Assembly: GCA_028685755.1 (NCBI GenBank)
Contig: JAQUDJ010000005.1
Location: 47,237-111,236, forward strand
Origin: Eubacteriales bacterium
Lineage (GTDB): Bacteria; Bacillota; Clostridia; Saccharofermentanales; UBA5734
Direction of reading: 5' to 3'
DNA: 64,000 nt
Position 1 is the stretch's first letter. Every line of letters starts with the position of its first letter. The notes under the pieces are model-generated. The model was not told where the DNA came from. It saw only the letters and a program-made list of their open reading frames with translations, and searched no databases. Both the position numbers and the translations under genes were made by a program. Below are positions 63,431-64,000 of this stretch, piece by piece.

Positions 63431-64000
63431 TTGTCAATTCGTATTGTTTCAACAACAGAACTTAAACAACAAGAAAATTTTCAAGCTAATGTTCGTCAAT
63501 TGGTCGAAGATCGCTCCCATTTTTTGGGCCATCCAATGGCTTATTACATCATTACATTTGGCTGTCAACAAAACGAAAATGACAGCGAACGGATGGCTGG
63601 AGAACTCGATCTAATGGGATTTCTTGCAGCCGAAAATCCGCAACAGGCCGATCTAATCCTTTTAAATACCTGTAGTGTCAGAGAAAATGCCGACGATCGT
63701 TTCTTTGGCAATTTGGGATTAGTCAAAAATATCAAGCGTGAACGTCCAGAACTCCTGGTTGGGCTCGCGGGTTGCTTGATGACACAGGAAGACGCAGTTG
63801 CCAAAATACGGCAAAGTTACCCCTTTGTGGACGTGGTCTTTGGCCCACAGGATATCTATCGAATGCCCGAACTCATATACCAAAGGATGACTGACGTGCG
63901 TCGAGTCTACGAAGTTGGACCCGATGACACGTTAGCTGAAGGATTACCTATCCACAGAGGTCGCAAGCATCGCGCACTCGTTTCAATTATGTTCGGCTGT
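63431..64000 (+). CDS. miaB: tRNA-2-methylthio-N6-dimethylallyladenosine synthase, N-terminal part (3' end outside window)
   Basis: Frame is open to the window edge. UPF0004 domain motifs are present (YYIITFGCQQNENDSE, ADLILLNTCSVRENA), and the radical-SAM region begins at IMFGC. TTG start 10 nt after AAGAGG (tentative). Confidence 0.85.
   Translation, partial: MSIRIVSTTELKQQENFQANVRQLVEDRSHFLGHPMAYYIITFGCQQNENDSERMAGELDLMGFLAAENPQQADLILLNTCSVRENADDRFFGNLGLVKNIKRERPELLVGLAGCLMTQEDAVAKIRQSYPFVDVVFGPQDIYRMPELIYQRMTDVRRVYEVGPDDTLAEGLPIHRGRKHRALVSIMFGC

Overview
This 64-kb window looks like core chromosome of a Bacillota (Firmicutes)-type bacterium. The calls rest on motif recognition in the supplied ORF translations and on hand-folding of RNA genes. 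No database search was possible.

Gene content is almost entirely housekeeping. It follows the Bacillus subtilis yqe/yqf/yqh/yqi synteny blocks:
- purD-nadD/yqeK-rsfS-comEA
- efp-asp23-amaP-DUF2273-nusB-xseAB-ispA-dxs-nadK-argR-recN
- rny-ymdB
- lspA-rluD
- phoH-pgpH-ybeY-era-recO
- pyrR-pyrB-pyrC-pyrF-carB-pyrK-pyrD-pyrE-like, behind a PyrR attenuator

Other genes include thrS, thyA-folA, ogt, a PPi-type pfk, lysC, parE/parC-type topoisomerase genes, murD, a class I DAHP synthase and the start of miaB. Ten tRNA genes, all encoding CCA, lie in five small transcription units with near-consensus promoters and intrinsic terminators.

I found no CRISPR array, transposase, integrase, phage gene or recognisable defence island. 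I cannot point to a convincing new multi-gene system.

The signals I consider most worth follow-up:
1. Two intergenic arrays, each with three helically phased TGTCG(A/N)A direct repeats matching the Spo0A 0A-box. Each is followed by the same -35-less TGn-TAAAA element, upstream of comEA and of nadK-argR-recN. A weaker two-box copy lies near thrS.
2. An 841-aa fusion of a RecB-type PD-(D/E)xK nuclease domain to an XPD/DinG-like Fe-S helicase, directly downstream of a tRNA-Leu terminator.
3. Three oddities in the pyr operon: carB has no carA, an ARG-box-like 16-bp palindrome overlaps a possible internal promoter, and the PyrE homologue is long with a degenerate PRPP motif.
4. A 37-nt near-perfect hairpin/palindrome inside a hypothetical gene just upstream of the DAHP synthase gene.
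5. Fusions and domain losses: a NadD-YqeK fusion, and a ThrRS without a TGS domain or T-box leader.
6. Orphan lipoprotein or pseudoenzyme-like genes embedded in housekeeping operons.
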